From: Patescibacteria group bacterium | GTDB taxonomy: Bacteria > Patescibacteriota > Microgenomatia > UBA8517 | Assembly: GCA_041742135.1 (NCBI GenBank) | Contig: JBGSJG010000004.1 | Coordinates: forward strand, 299,773 to 363,772 | Length of the DNA stretch: 64,000 bases | Direction of reading: 5' to 3' | Translations under genes and position numbers: made by a program | In this document: in pieces, positions 19,413 through 29,239 of the stretch | Position numbering within the stretch: position 1 is the first letter of the stretch | Layout of the letters: every line of letters begins with the position of its first letter | Notes under the pieces: model-generated | Databases searched by the model: none | What the model saw: only the letters and a program-made list of their open reading frames with translations | What the model was told of the DNA's origin: nothing

Positions 19413-21040
19413 AGCTTTTTCTTATATTCTTCAAGCATGCGTTCGGCAGAAAATTGTTTAGATAAAGCAATCGAATTTCTCATTCTTTTAATCCAGCCTA
19501 GGGGCAACCCACTTTCATCACGATCGTAATACAAGGGCACTATTTCGCGCTCGAGTAAGTTATAAAAATTTTCAGATACACTTTCGGGGTTTAAAATCCA
19601 CCCAGCATCTGTCCAATCTGCTTCGTATGTCCAGCCGTCGAGGACAGTACAGTTGATCACTCCGTTTGCCGCAGCCTTCATGCCGCTTGTGCCACAGGCT
19701 TCTAGATTTCCTTTGGGAGTATTAAGCCACACATCGGAGCCGCTTGTTAAATGATTGGCTAAGGATATGTTGTAGTTGGCGACAAAAATTGCGTTGCCTG
19801 AAAGTTCGGTCGAGAAAATTCTTACGACTTCTTCAACTAAATTTTGTGAGTTGGCGTCTGCCGAATGAGAATTTCCTGCATACAAAATTTGAACTGGTCT
19901 GCCTGCGTTTTGAATAATGCTTTTTAGCTTTGCGATATCTTTAAAAATTGCTTTAGGCTGTTTGTACTCTGCAAGGCGCCTTGCCCAAGTGACGACTAGG
20001 CGATTTGGGTCATAGCTAAAGCCGGTTCGCTTCAGAACGGTACTGGCAAGCTCGCGCTTTTTGAGCATGTGCTGCTCCCAAAAATCACGATCGTTTAAGC
20101 TACGGTTTCGAAAGTCCGAATCTTGCCAGCGGTCCATGTGAACCCCGTTTGTGATACTTATCCATTTGTATTTCGGGTACTCGCGTCGGCAATACTCTCC
20201 GTGGACGCGTGAAACCGCTTGTTGCTTTCCCGAAATATTTAATGCGAATTTGGTAATCGAAAAGTTGTCCCCTTCGTGGCCTTCGCGCACTAGCTCGTAT
20301 GGATCGGCTACTCCAAGCCCTGCTGCGAAAGGCCCTGCCCACCACTTGGCTGTGTCAATGTGATAGCTGGGGTTACCCGCGGCCACCAACGTGTGATTGG
20401 TGTAAATAATTAATTTTTTTGCTTCCTGCCAAGCTTCAGTAAATGCTAGACCTTTTTCTTTTTGAATTTTTCGCACCAGCTCCCAAATTAAAAAACCAGC
20501 TCGGCCTTCGTTTATGTGATATAGCTTAGGCTTAATTCCAAGCTTCTCCATTAGCCGCATGCCACCAACCCCCAAAAGAATTTGCTGGCGCATTTGGCTA
20601 TCCGCATCTCCTGCGTAAAGCGTGTCCATGTCGTGAATCCAGTGTTCGGGGTTTTGGTCTACGTCTGTAGAGAGAAAAAATATTAGTGACTCATCCGAAA
20701 GCCGGAGATGATAAGACTTGACTGCGATTTCACCATCGGGAGTCGGGATAGTAAAGACCAGTTGATTTCCTTTGATGGTAGTAGGGCGCAGAAAAGAAGT
20801 GTCATGATCAAATTCGGAATCGCGTTTTTCTTCGTGACCCTCAGAGGTAATATGTTGGATAAAATTTTTGCCTTTATAAAGAATACCAATCCCGATAGCG
20901 GCAAAATGAGAAGATGCTGCCGCATGCAAATAGTCACCCGTTAAAATCCCCAAACCTCCAGCATAAGTAGGAAGCTCGTTGTCGATAGCGAATTCATTGG
21001 CAAAATATGCCACAGGAGAAAAACCTTTTGGCAGGATCAT
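19394..21040 (-). CDS. glgP: Alpha-glucan phosphorylase
   Basis: YAGGLGIL.GD, HINEG, ITNGVH, ARRLAEYK, EACGTSGMK (PLP Lys). Confidence 0.92.
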   Translation of the reverse strand: MILPKGFSPVAYFANEFAIDNELPTYAGGLGILTGDYLHAAASSHFAAIGIGILYKGKNFIQHITSEGHEEKRDSEFDHDTSFLRPTTIKGNQLVFTIPTPDGEIAVKSYHLRLSDESLIFFLSTDVDQNPEHWIHDMDTLYAGDADSQMRQQILLGVGGMRLMEKLGIKPKLYHINEGRAGFLIWELVRKIQKEKGLAFTEAWQEAKKLIIYTNHTLVAAGNPSYHIDTAKWWAGPFAAGLGVADPYELVREGHEGDNFSITKFALNISGKQQAVSRVHGEYCRREYPKYKWISITNGVHMDRWQDSDFRNRSLNDRDFWEQHMLKKRELASTVLKRTGFSYDPNRLVVTWARRLAEYKQPKAIFKDIAKLKSIIQNAGRPVQILYAGNSHSADANSQNLVEEVVRIFSTELSGNAIFVANYNISLANHLTSGSDVWLNTPKGNLEACGTSGMKAAANGVINCTVLDGWTYEADWTDAGWILNPESVSENFYNLLEREIVPLYYDRDESGLPLGWIKRMRNSIALSKQFSAERMLEEYKKKLYKQAA

Positions 21041-21044
21041 CATT

Positions 21045-21056
21045 CATGTTAACATG
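21045..21056. promoter_or_regulatory. Palindromic bidirectional extended -10 element CATGTTAACATG
   Basis: Reads TG-T-TAACAT on both strands, each 5 nt before an ATG (21061 on +, 21040 on -). Confidence 0.5.
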
Positions 21057-21060
21057 TCTC

Positions 21061-21390
21061 ATGTCACTTGCGAATATGATGTGTGTGCCTTGTGAGGTTG
21101 GGGCTCCAGTTGCAACTTCTGAGGAGATTAAAAAATACATGTCAGATCTTACGCTTTGGAAGTTAACTGAGGATTCAAAGAAAATAAAAAGAGACTATGA
21201 GTTTAGCGGTTTCTCGGATGCAGTTTCTTTTATTAACAAGGTCGCCGCCGTTGCGGAGTCTCAGGGCCACCACCCAGATTTATGTTTGCATGACTTTAAG
21301 TATGTGGAAGTTGAACTTTGGACGCACAAAATAGGAGGACTACACAGAAATGATTTTGTAATGGCTGCTAAGCTCGACCAGCTTGTTTAG
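21061..21390 (+). CDS. Pterin-4a-carbinolamine dehydratase family protein
   Basis: CVPC N-terminus, AE..GHHPD, WTHKIGGLH.NDF.MAAK. Confidence 0.92.
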   Translation: MSLANMMCVPCEVGAPVATSEEIKKYMSDLTLWKLTEDSKKIKRDYEFSGFSDAVSFINKVAAVAESQGHHPDLCLHDFKYVEVELWTHKIGGLHRNDFVMAAKLDQLV

Positions 21391-21395
21391 CTTTT

Positions 21396-21980
21396 TTATA
21401 AAGAAGATAACTTATCGATATCGGTAACTGATATCAAATTCCTTTTGTACGAAACCAAACCTTGGTCCTTAAGTTTTTTCATTTCGATACTAACACGCTC
21501 GCGGGTAAGCCCTGTCAAGGATGCCAAGTTTTCGTGAGTAAAGCTAAATTCTGGGCCAAAGTGTTTGTGAAGATATTGCAAAGTTGAAACGACTCTTTTT
21601 CTTGCATTTTCAAAGCTTAAGATTTCGATGCGCTTGGATAGTCCGCTTATACCTTTGAGAAGTTTCTTGGTCAACTCCATCAGCTCTTTTGGTTTGCTGG
21701 AATAATATTCAACCATTTCGTCTTTTGGTACACATACAACTGAGCAAGTGGTGAGCGCAGCAAGCGTATAATTGGGAACTTCATCATTTAAGCCCCACAT
21801 TAGAGGGAAGAGAGCCCCAGGTGTATATATGTGCAGGATTAATTCTTTGCCGTCCGATGAATCAGTGGAGTGTTTTACAAAACCGCTTTTAAGCAAAAAG
21901 ACATAATCTGGAGTTTCGCCGGAATTGAGGATTATATCGCCGGCTGCAAACTTTTTGATATGATGATTGTCTGTCGGCAT
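21396..21980 (-). CDS. Crp/Fnr family transcriptional regulator
   Basis: cNMP-binding fold plus THENLASLTGLTRERVS HTH. Confidence 0.9.
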   Translation of the reverse strand: MPTDNHHIKKFAAGDIILNSGETPDYVFLLKSGFVKHSTDSSDGKELILHIYTPGALFPLMWGLNDEVPNYTLAALTTCSVVCVPKDEMVEYYSSKPKELMELTKKLLKGISGLSKRIEILSFENARKRVVSTLQYLHKHFGPEFSFTHENLASLTGLTRERVSIEMKKLKDQGLVSYKRNLISVTDIDKLSSL

Positions 21981-22052
21981 AGCCAATTGTAATACATATT
22001 ACCCAAAATTTCCTCTTTTTGGTTATAATGCTTATGAAGTGAGGTGATTCAT

Positions 22053-22325
22053 ATGCCAGCAAAGAAAAAGACAGCGAGCAAGAGCTCTCCAAAAAAGGAA
22101 GAATTTGAGCTTAAGGGCGAGGATTTGGTAAAAAAAGTCAAACAATTGATCCGCGAAGGTAACGTGCGAAAAATCAGCATTATCGATAAAAACGGCAAGA
22201 CAATTGTTGTGTTACCGTTAACAATTGGTGTTGTTGGTGCGGTACTTGCGGCACCTTTGGCAATAGTTGGAGTCATCGCAGCCCTTGTGACTGAATGTAC
22301 TATTCGGGTTGAGAGGGAGCGGTAA
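22053..22325 (+). CDS. DUF4342 family protein
   Basis: KVKQLIREGNVRKI...LPLTIG...ECTI.VER. Confidence 0.8.
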   Translation: MPAKKKTASKSSPKKEEFELKGEDLVKKVKQLIREGNVRKISIIDKNGKTIVVLPLTIGVVGAVLAAPLAIVGVIAALVTECTIRVERER

Positions 22326-22608
22326 GACGACTCATAGCCTCGTCAGAATTTATTCTAAGTGAAAAAACTCTCATGCCAGCTCTGTCAGCGACCGGAGTAT
22401 GTTCATCTGCCCCCAGAAGTGATAAAGCGTACTGGAGATATCCATCGAGATGGGTTTTGGAGCCGCTTAGATAAAACATCGTATGGTTTTCTGAGCCACT
22501 ATGTAAAATTAGATAAGGCTCCTCTTGCTGGTCTTGTTGGTCAAGTTCGAGTGAGCGGTGTAGTGCAGAGCTGTAGTCACCAGCTTCTCCTAAGTTTTCA
22601 ACTTTCAT
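22300..22608 (-). CDS. Hypothetical protein
   Basis: ORF preceded by TG-G-TATCAT 7 nt upstream. Confidence 0.55.
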   Translation of the reverse strand: MKVENLGEAGDYSSALHRSLELDQQDQQEEPYLILHSGSENHTMFYLSGSKTHLDGYLQYALSLLGADEHTPVADRAGMRVFSLRINSDEAMSRLTAPSQPE

Positions 22609-22640
22609 GATAGGAATGATACCACAAATAAGGCAATTAG

Positions 22641-23078
22641 CTATCTTTCTGTTTTTGGAAACATGCCGAACAAGTGTTCAACTACGGTTTGGGTCACATT
22701 GATTCCGGAAACCCGTGCTTCGTAGGAAAAAAGTATTCTGTGGTTGGCAGATAAGCCATCACCTTGTTTAAATGGAGGCGCGATAGTAATACTTGGTACG
22801 TATTGTATACCCAGATCTTCAAACGTCCGAAGAATATCTGATGTTAAATTTTCTGAGAGCATTTCAAATTCTAGCTGATCTCCGGAACTAGTGTGGTATC
22901 TATTTTGCAAGATAGTCCATGCTGCAAGATTCATGTAAGCGATATGATCAAAAACACGGTTTAAAACTTTGTCTGGGCTTTCGCGCAAGATGCAAGTGGG
23001 GGTTGATTGGTTCAATGCGATTTCGTCTCTTGTAATCCGAGAGTCAGATCGAGCTATAAGAATCCTTTCCTGGGTCAT
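22641..23078 (-). CDS. Hypothetical protein
   Basis: ORF preceded by TG-A-TACAAT 5 nt upstream. Confidence 0.55.
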   Translation of the reverse strand: MTQERILIARSDSRITRDEIALNQSTPTCILRESPDKVLNRVFDHIAYMNLAAWTILQNRYHTSSGDQLEFEMLSENLTSDILRTFEDLGIQYVPSITIAPPFKQGDGLSANHRILFSYEARVSGINVTQTVVEHLFGMFPKTER

Positions 23079-23232
23079 GAGGTATTGTATCAAAACATAT
23101 CAATAAATTAATAATTTTGCTAAACTTTAGTAGTGAAAACAAAGAGCTTCATTCAGCTTTTGGACAGCCGTAGGCTGCTATGCAGAACATGGTGACCTCA
23201 AAGGCAAACTACTATCTCTTGGACTGAATGGT

Positions 23233-23622
23233 TCAGGAAGTTAATTCATCAGGCAACTTGTTTTCCTTCGGCGCGAATTTAATTGACAATGAATTTACAC
23301 AGTGCCTTGTATCTTTCCCAGTTAATTTTTCCCCTTCGAACACATGTCCTAAATGACCTCCGCATTTGGCACACTGGATTTCCACTCGTGAGCCATCTCT
23401 ATCTGGGAGCCGCACAACCGCGTCTTTAAAATGCTCATCAAAAGCAGGCCAGCCACAGCCTGCGTCAAACTTCGCCTTTGAATCAAAAAGGGGATTGTTG
23501 CATCGGCGACATACGTAAGTGCCTTCTTTGTAAAAATCGTCATACTCGCCACTGAAAGGCGCCTCAGTTCCTTTTTGTACGATTACAGCCTCTTCCTCTG
23601 AAGTTAATTTGTTAAGCTTCAT
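23233..23622 (-). CDS. msrB: Methionine-R-sulfoxide reductase
   Basis: GTE.PFSG, two CxxC, GCGWPAF, GHLGHVF, RHCVNS. Confidence 0.95.
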   Translation of the reverse strand: MKLNKLTSEEEAVIVQKGTEAPFSGEYDDFYKEGTYVCRRCNNPLFDSKAKFDAGCGWPAFDEHFKDAVVRLPDRDGSRVEIQCAKCGGHLGHVFEGEKLTGKDTRHCVNSLSIKFAPKENKLPDELTS

Positions 23623-24001
23623 GCTCTTGTTCATCTACAGCCATAGCTTCCTCTTTTGTTTTATGAATTGTGCCATCAGGGTGGTGTGCAGGGGAATATA
23701 TCGTGTAAAGTTTAAGATCTTCTGAATCGGAAAGATTAATGACGTTATGCTTGCTTCCTGCGGGAACGATTACTGCCGAGCCATCAGCAACCATGTGCTC
23801 TGAGCCATCGATGATTACTTTGCCACGTCCCTTTTCGAATCTAAAAAACTGATCCTCCAGCTCATGGATTTCCTCGCCAATGTCTTCGCTAGGCCTAAGG
23901 CACATTAAAACCAATTGGCTGTGGGCAGCGGTGAAAATTACCTTTCTAAAAAAAGTATTTTCCAAAGTTAGTTTTTCGATATCGCCGGAATAACCATTCA
24001 T
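23612..24001 (-). CDS. Cupin domain protein
   Basis: SQLVLM.L, GEEIH, DQFF, VPAG.KHNV.N, LYTIYSP. Confidence 0.9.
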   Translation of the reverse strand: MNGYSGDIEKLTLENTFFRKVIFTAAHSQLVLMCLRPSEDIGEEIHELEDQFFRFEKGRGKVIIDGSEHMVADGSAVIVPAGSKHNVINLSDSEDLKLYTIYSPAHHPDGTIHKTKEEAMAVDEQEHEA

Positions 24002-24015
24002 GATTCATTATAACA

Positions 24016-24121
24016 GCATTCAACAAAACCCCGAGCATTCGCTCGGGGATGGGTTGAATGCCGATATGTCATCCTCCTTCGGAGGTGGAAACCCTGCTCG
24101 CTAGAGCGGGGAGGATGTCAT
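24016..24121. mobile_element. Non-autonomous palindromic element (IS200/IS605-end-like, PATE/REP-like)
   Basis: Nested hairpins GCATTCAAC/GTTGAATGC, CCCCGAGC/GCTCGGGG, CCCTGCTC/GAGCGGGG; ends GGGGAGGATGTCA. Confidence 0.55.
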
Positions 24122-24150
24122 AACACCCTGTTGTATAATGGAAATTCGTA

Positions 24151-25209
24151 ATGAGTATCACAAAAGGATTTGTCCACATCGCAATCGTTATCGCAGTTGG
24201 ATTATTGGTTGCCGCTGGCGTGGTTTTTCTTGGGGCAAAACAGCCGGCTCAAAACGGCGATGAGAAAACATTATTTGAGCAGGTCACCAGAAACATGGAG
24301 CCCACGACAACTCCCTTTTTGTTTGAGGAACTGACAATTCCATATTTGCGTAGCCGTGAATATAAGAGCGAGCTTGGCGAGTTATCTCGGTATTCTGACA
24401 ATGGCACTTACACGTCTTATCTAACAAGCTATGATTCGGATGGCTTAAAAATAAACGGACTTTTAACCATTCCAAAAGGAGATGGGCCTTTCCCTGCAAT
24501 TGTCTTTGTCCATGGGTATATCGCGCCAACTATTTATAAAACAACTGAACGATACAATGATTACGTCAATTACTTGGCCAGAAACGGTTTTGTGGTTTTT
24601 AAGATTGATCTGCGTGGGCATGGGGAATCGGAAGGTGAAGCTGGTGGAGCTTATTATTCTTCCGATTACGTGATAGATACACTAAACGCATACTCTGCCT
24701 TAAAAAACGCAGATTTTGTGAATCCCGATGCAATAGGACTTTGGGGGCATTCGATGGCAGGGAATGTGACTTTTAAAAGCTTTGTTGTTCACAAAAATAT
24801 TCCCGCAGTCGTCATCTGGGCTGGAGCCGGCTTTACATATTCTGACCTAGCCGAGTATCGGATCAGCGATAATTCTTATAGGCCACCAACGCAAAATACG
24901 GAGCGCCAGCGCAAAAGGCAGCTGCTTCGTGACACGTATGGGGAATTCAATCCTACAGATGAATTTTGGAAACAGGTTGCCCCAACAAATTATTTAGATG
25001 GCGTATCGAGCGTCATCGAACTTCATCACGCTGTGGACGATGATGTGGTGAGTATTCAGTACAGTCGTAACCTGATCAACGTTTTGGATAATTCAGAAAT
25101 CCCTCATGAACTTTTTGAGTACGCTTCCGGAGGCCACAACCTTGAAGGCTCAGCTTTCTCCTCAGCAATGGCGCGGACTGTAGAGTTTTATAAGCGGAAT
25201 TTAGAATAA
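24151..25209 (+). CDS. Alpha/beta-hydrolase (peptidase S9-like)
   Basis: VHGY, DLRGHG, GHSMAG nucleophile elbow, DDDVV, GGHN. Confidence 0.9.
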   Translation: MSITKGFVHIAIVIAVGLLVAAGVVFLGAKQPAQNGDEKTLFEQVTRNMEPTTTPFLFEELTIPYLRSREYKSELGELSRYSDNGTYTSYLTSYDSDGLKINGLLTIPKGDGPFPAIVFVHGYIAPTIYKTTERYNDYVNYLARNGFVVFKIDLRGHGESEGEAGGAYYSSDYVIDTLNAYSALKNADFVNPDAIGLWGHSMAGNVTFKSFVVHKNIPAVVIWAGAGFTYSDLAEYRISDNSYRPPTQNTERQRKRQLLRDTYGEFNPTDEFWKQVAPTNYLDGVSSVIELHHAVDDDVVSIQYSRNLINVLDNSEIPHELFEYASGGHNLEGSAFSSAMARTVEFYKRNLE

Positions 25210-25248
25210 TTTTGTTTTATCGCAATTTTTGTGTAAGATAAATTACAT

Positions 25249-25728
25249 ATGCGTAGTTTTCTGATTCTTATTGTTGTGGGGATGCTTTTGGCTGTTGGTG
25301 GCTTGGCATACTTCATGATCCAAAATGTCGCAACCGATAGGCCAGCGACTACTCCAACTGGTGTAACCAGCTTTGAATCAACCGGCGAAACCGATGAGCC
25401 TTCGGTGGCTGGTAAGTATGTTAGTTTTACCGAATCCGCACTCGCAAATTCCTCTGGCCGAAGAGTTTTGTTTTTTTATGCCAACTGGTGCCCAACTTGC
25501 AGGCCGGCTGACACGAACATTCAAGCGAACGAGGGCAGGTTGCCAACAGATTTGACTGTTTTTCGAGTTAACTATAACGATAGCGATACTGATGCGGCAG
25601 AGAAGGCTTTGGCACAAAAATACGGGGTTACTTATCAGCATACGTTTGTTCAGATAAACACGGATGGAGCTGAGATTGCAAAATGGAATGGCGGGGCGCT
25701 CCCTGAGCTTTTGGAGAATATTAAGTAA
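25249..25728 (+). CDS. Membrane-anchored thioredoxin-family protein
   Basis: FYANWCPTC; KYGVTYQHTFV. Confidence 0.88.
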   Translation: MRSFLILIVVGMLLAVGGLAYFMIQNVATDRPATTPTGVTSFESTGETDEPSVAGKYVSFTESALANSSGRRVLFFYANWCPTCRPADTNIQANEGRLPTDLTVFRVNYNDSDTDAAEKALAQKYGVTYQHTFVQINTDGAEIAKWNGGALPELLENIK

Positions 25729-27353
25729 TGCTAGTATTAATCGTTTTTTCATTTGTGGCAGGTATCGTGACGATTTTGTCTCCATGTATTTTGCCGATCT
25801 TGCCAATAATTCTTTCTTCAAGTACAGACACAACTGGTAAAAGACGCCCTTTCGGAGTGGTTGTTGGGTTTGTTTTAAGTTTTACTTTCTTTACACTTTT
25901 TCTCTCCACTATCGTTAGGCTAAGCGGGATTCCAGCTGAGTCTTTAAGATTCTTGTCAATATTTATTCTCATAGCTTTTGGTTTAAGCCTTTTGGTCCCC
26001 GCGTTTCAGGTTTTTCTCGAATCGCTTTTTGCGCGTCTTTCTCGTTTTGCTCCAAACGTCCAAAATCGACGTGGATTTGGTGGGGGAGTAATTGTTGGGC
26101 TTTCACTGGGGCTTTTGTGGACCCCCTGTGTGGGTCCAATCTTGGCTTCCGTCATAAGTCTTGCCTTGTCCGGCACAGTAACCGCTCAAGCCGTGATAAT
26201 TACCTTGGCTTATTCTATCGGCACGGCTGTTCCCATGTTTATTATCATGCAGGCAGGCTCGCGGGCTCTCCAGAAAGTTCCGGGGTTGGTTAAAAACACC
26301 GGCAAAATTCAAAAAGCATTCGGAGTGCTTATGATACTGACGGCGATTGGAATATTTTTCAACATCGACCGCAAGTTTCAGAGTTTTATACTTGATACTT
26401 TTCCACAGTATGGAGTTGGCTTAACAAAACTTGAGGACAATGAGGCGGTTAAGAAAGAGCTAGCAAAAGTTAACGAAAACCCAATGGATGAAACACAGAT
26501 TGGAAAACCAATGAGCGATGTTGTTGCCAAAGGACCGCTCGCACCTGAAATAATTGCCGGAGGGCAGTGGCTTAATTCCGAACCGCTTAGACTATCAGAA
26601 CTTCGCGGGAAAGTGGTTCTGGTGGATTTCTGGACTTATAGTTGTATAAACTGCCAGCGAACGTTTCCATATCTTCGTGATTGGTGGGAAAAATACAAAG
26701 ACGATGGACTGGTGATTATCGGAGTTCATTCTCCAGAATTTGAGTTTGAGAAAGACGTTGATAACGTCCGAGAAGCAGCAGCTGACTTTGATCTTACTTA
26801 TCCGATTGTGCAGGATAATGATTTTGCCACTTGGCGCGCCTATTCCAACCGCTACTGGCCGGCAAAATATTTCATTGACAAAGATGGAATTATTCGTGGC
26901 ACGCATTTTGGAGAAGGAGCTTATGATGAATCTGAGAAATTAATCCAAAAACTTTTATCTGAGACCGGAAGTGATATTTCTCAAGAAATTGATAACCCGG
27001 AATATGAAATTTATTCCCGGACACCCGAGATTTATTTAGGAAGCAAGCGCTATAATGGCCAAAATTACATTAATCTAGAAGGAGACTACATCCAAAGCGA
27101 TGAATACTTGGCTTTCCAAAAAGGGGCGCAGTTAAGCCTTAACTTCGAAGCAAAGAATGTCTATTTGGTCATGAATCCGACTGAAGAGAGTGCACGCGTA
27201 GACGTTTACCTTGATGGTGAATTTCTAAAATCTGTCGAAGTGACAAGCGATTCACTGTACGAATTAGTAAATTTAGAAGCACCTGGAAAACACGAGCTTA
27301 AACTCGAGTTTCCTGACGGGAACATCAGGCTTTTTGCATTTACTTTTGGTTAA
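25728..27353 (+). CDS. dipZ: DipZ-type CcdA/thioredoxin fusion
   Basis: SPCILP and WTPCVGP membrane domain; DFWTYSCINC redoxin domain. Confidence 0.9.
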   Translation: MLVLIVFSFVAGIVTILSPCILPILPIILSSSTDTTGKRRPFGVVVGFVLSFTFFTLFLSTIVRLSGIPAESLRFLSIFILIAFGLSLLVPAFQVFLESLFARLSRFAPNVQNRRGFGGGVIVGLSLGLLWTPCVGPILASVISLALSGTVTAQAVIITLAYSIGTAVPMFIIMQAGSRALQKVPGLVKNTGKIQKAFGVLMILTAIGIFFNIDRKFQSFILDTFPQYGVGLTKLEDNEAVKKELAKVNENPMDETQIGKPMSDVVAKGPLAPEIIAGGQWLNSEPLRLSELRGKVVLVDFWTYSCINCQRTFPYLRDWWEKYKDDGLVIIGVHSPEFEFEKDVDNVREAAADFDLTYPIVQDNDFATWRAYSNRYWPAKYFIDKDGIIRGTHFGEGAYDESEKLIQKLLSETGSDISQEIDNPEYEIYSRTPEIYLGSKRYNGQNYINLEGDYIQSDEYLAFQKGAQLSLNFEAKNVYLVMNPTEESARVDVYLDGEFLKSVEVTSDSLYELVNLEAPGKHELKLEFPDGNIRLFAFTFG

Positions 27354-28381
27354 CCAAAGACATAGCCTTTGCCACGGTGGGTTCGAATTATTTCTTTATA
27401 AATCCCCAGATTTTTTATTTTCCTACGAATGTTTTCCACTGTTTTAGCCAGCGCGTAGAGTGAGAATTTAAAGTCAACATTATCTTTCCAGATGGCTTCA
27501 GCTGCTTCGTCGAAAGTTATTAATTTGCCGGGGTTACTAAGAAGCGCAACAAGCAGTGAGCGTTCTTTGGGGGTAAAAAGCTCTGTAATGTCTTTGTCTC
27601 TTACGATTATTTTTTGATCGACCGCTTTAATGATAGGTAAGGATGGAAAGCCGAGTCTTTCTAAATATGCTTCTGAATCTGAAATGATTTTTGTCGAATG
27701 CGCGCTGTTTGTTATGCCTTGTCTAGAAATCTCGGGCAAGATTTTTCTGAAAATGGTGTAGTCAAGAAGGTACTCGACGTTGTTTTGTTTGATAAACCAG
27801 TCAAAGTTTCCAGCTGTTCCATCAAGATTTGTTTTAATTTTATGAAGCGCAATAAGAATCGTTTTGCCGATCATATCTGCGGGCATATCGATCCGCTGGG
27901 TGAGATTTAAGACAAACCCGCGAGATGCAGGTTTTGGATAGATCGATCCGGCAGTCCCGAACGGAGTAAGTAGGATTTCGATCGATTCAATCTTGAAAAC
28001 TACGCTTTTTGCACCCAAAAAATCATTAACAGCACTGTAGAATGCGCTTTGGCGCTTTTGCCATACGCGTGTAATTTTGTCGATCTCTTTTTGCTTAATG
28101 CTGGCATGTTTTTCAAGTTTTTCGACAACTTCTTCAACGGCTTTTTTAGGAAAACCCATTCCGTAATCATTGTTTTTTGATTTTATTATTTCTCTCCAAA
28201 AACTGGCAGATAGATCAAGATCTGGAAAATGGCTGACTTGGAAGTTTTTACTTACAGCGTAGGGAAGTACGGCATAACCGGAGTTTGAATAAAAGCCAAC
28301 AGATATTGATTTTGCTAAATAGCAGATATATTCGGCCTCAACTTGTACGGCCGTTGTAAAAGTAGTTTTTGGTATTTTCAT
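27350..28381 (-). CDS. Protein with C-terminal OmpR/PhoB-type winged-helix domain
   Basis: TPKE..LL..L...PG, IRRKI, IRTHRGKGY; no receiver domain. Confidence 0.75.
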   Translation of the reverse strand: MKIPKTTFTTAVQVEAEYICYLAKSISVGFYSNSGYAVLPYAVSKNFQVSHFPDLDLSASFWREIIKSKNNDYGMGFPKKAVEEVVEKLEKHASIKQKEIDKITRVWQKRQSAFYSAVNDFLGAKSVVFKIESIEILLTPFGTAGSIYPKPASRGFVLNLTQRIDMPADMIGKTILIALHKIKTNLDGTAGNFDWFIKQNNVEYLLDYTIFRKILPEISRQGITNSAHSTKIISDSEAYLERLGFPSLPIIKAVDQKIIVRDKDITELFTPKERSLLVALLSNPGKLITFDEAAEAIWKDNVDFKFSLYALAKTVENIRRKIKNLGIYKEIIRTHRGKGYVFG

Positions 28382-28448
28382 ACTCAAGATAAACTCAAGA
28401 TAGACAATTCGAGTGAGAATATTATAGGTCAGATTTAATTTTAATCAA

Positions 28449-28799
28449 ATGAGCGCCGAGAGCATAACGAGTAACGTTTTTGTAACAATCTTACGCGATG
28501 GGGATAATGCTTTAACAGAAATCACCGATGTGACATGGGCCTCGCGGGAAGATCTGGTAACTCAAGTTCTAGCGCATCATCCTACTGCGAGCGCTATGGA
28601 ACCTTATTTATTGCATGAGGTTCAAAATCTACCTAAAGAGAAAAGAGGAAAGGTTTTTATCGGAGAAGTTCAACCTCTTCACAACTTTGCAGGGGGCCCA
28701 GATGGCAGGTTGTGCAATATGGTTTTATCAGTCGACAGGAATGGGCAGTATGTTTTGTTTTTTCCGGAACAAGACGACGTAGTGTCACTACCAGAATGA
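28449..28799 (+). CDS. Hypothetical protein
   Basis: Uncontested ORF, no motif. Confidence 0.55.
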   Translation: MSAESITSNVFVTILRDGDNALTEITDVTWASREDLVTQVLAHHPTASAMEPYLLHEVQNLPKEKRGKVFIGEVQPLHNFAGGPDGRLCNMVLSVDRNGQYVLFFPEQDDVVSLPE

Positions 28800-28818
28800 T
28801 TTACACAGGAGGAATAAT

Positions 28819-29238
28819 ATGACAGAAAATGAATTTGAATTGACTAAAGATGTTGAACCCTCTCAAAGATTTTGTGAAATGCAAGAAACTAGGTATGCTC
28901 ACATTTTAACTTTAGATAATTTTGAGGCTTGTATCGAATTACTCGGTGACGTTGATTTGAATGAATACATAATAAATACATATCCATCTGTTATCGCATA
29001 TACGCGATACGATGAAACTAAGGTCATAGTTCAGCTAAGTAGCGTGGATAAGCCATTGGAATTTGGACATGTTTTTAGGCACAAGGGAATCGCGTATGTG
29101 GGAGGAAAGGTGGTTTATCCATCAGAAGAAGAGTTAGGTAGGACTGTTCTACGAGGTGATGCACAAGTTATCACGAGAGGTGGATTAAAAGTACCTTTTG
29201 ATATTTATGACACTATCGTAAATTTACAAGAAGAGTAA
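28819..29238 (+). CDS. Hypothetical protein
   Basis: AGGAGG upstream of the ATG; AT-rich ORF. Confidence 0.6.
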   Translation: MTENEFELTKDVEPSQRFCEMQETRYAHILTLDNFEACIELLGDVDLNEYIINTYPSVIAYTRYDETKVIVQLSSVDKPLEFGHVFRHKGIAYVGGKVVYPSEEELGRTVLRGDAQVITRGGLKVPFDIYDTIVNLQEE

Positions 29239-29239
29239 T

